A stretch of 45,261 nt of DNA from Candidatus Scatovivens sp. (GTDB taxonomy: Bacteria; Bacillota; Clostridia; TANB77; CAG-508). The position numbers were made by a program, and so were the translations under genes. This document shows, piece by piece, positions 45,141-45,261 of this stretch. The notes beneath the pieces are model-generated. The model saw only the letters and a list, made by a program, of their open reading frames with translations, ran no database searches and was not told the DNA's origin. The DNA is taken from the NCBI GenBank assembly GCA_045630665.1, contig JAZQTI010000101.1:1-45261 (forward strand), given 5' to 3'. Within the stretch, counting starts at the first letter, position 1; each line of letters opens with the position of its first letter.

Positions 45141-45261
45141 ATGCCAACAATTAATCAATTAGTAAGAAAAGGAAGAAAAACTTCTACAACAAAATCAACA
45201 GCTCCAGCTCTACAAAAAGGTTATAACTCTAGAAAAAAAGTTCAAACTGATAATAGAGCTC
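45141..45261 (+). CDS. rpsL: 30S ribosomal protein S12, 5' part (continues beyond the window)
   Basis: [13 protein letters not shown]...APAL.KGYNS is the conserved S12 N-terminus. Confidence 0.92.
   Translation, partial: MPTINQLVRKGRKTSTTKSTAPALQKGYNSRKKVQTDNRA

Overview
This is a very AT-rich chromosomal segment that looks Firmicutes/Clostridia-like. Ordinary coding lines are about 23-28% G+C by hand count, the genetic code is standard, and nearly all genes are on the + strand. It runs from the 3' end of rpsU to the 5' end of rpsL.

Recognisable content:
- Cell-envelope genes: an SH3b-CAP protein, a D-Ala-D-Ala carboxypeptidase and a monofunctional GT51 transglycosylase.
- A 1282-aa surface protein with an N-terminal thioester-like domain, four DUF11-like repeats and a C-terminal anchor. 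It is followed by an operon encoding an Ig-like membrane protein and a REC-GGDEF (GGDDF) regulator.
- A KtrB/TrkH-type K+ transporter with a short RCK subunit, mscL, DJ-1, an LMW-PTP, DUF1836, DUF445, a ComEC-like MBL protein and DUF3006.
- A dcw cluster (mraZ-rsmH-ftsL-pbp-murE-mraY-ftsW-murG), then topA and trmFO.

I saw no rRNA, tRNA, CRISPR array, transposase or integrase.

Two things stand out:
1. Four compositionally foreign single-gene modules (about 38-48% G+C). Each has a host-type TTGAAA/TGGACT-N17-TATAAT promoter, a strong RBS and its own GC-rich hairpin terminator. One sits inside the dcw cluster between the class B PBP and murE. Three of the four products have no motif I recognise; the fourth is a GNAT.
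2. Three large acidic orphan paralogs (649, about 675 and 786 aa) plus a 980-aa coiled-coil protein. They sit in the murG-topA-trmFO-rpsL backbone, where division and chromosome genes normally lie.

All functional calls rest on motif recognition by eye. No database search was run.
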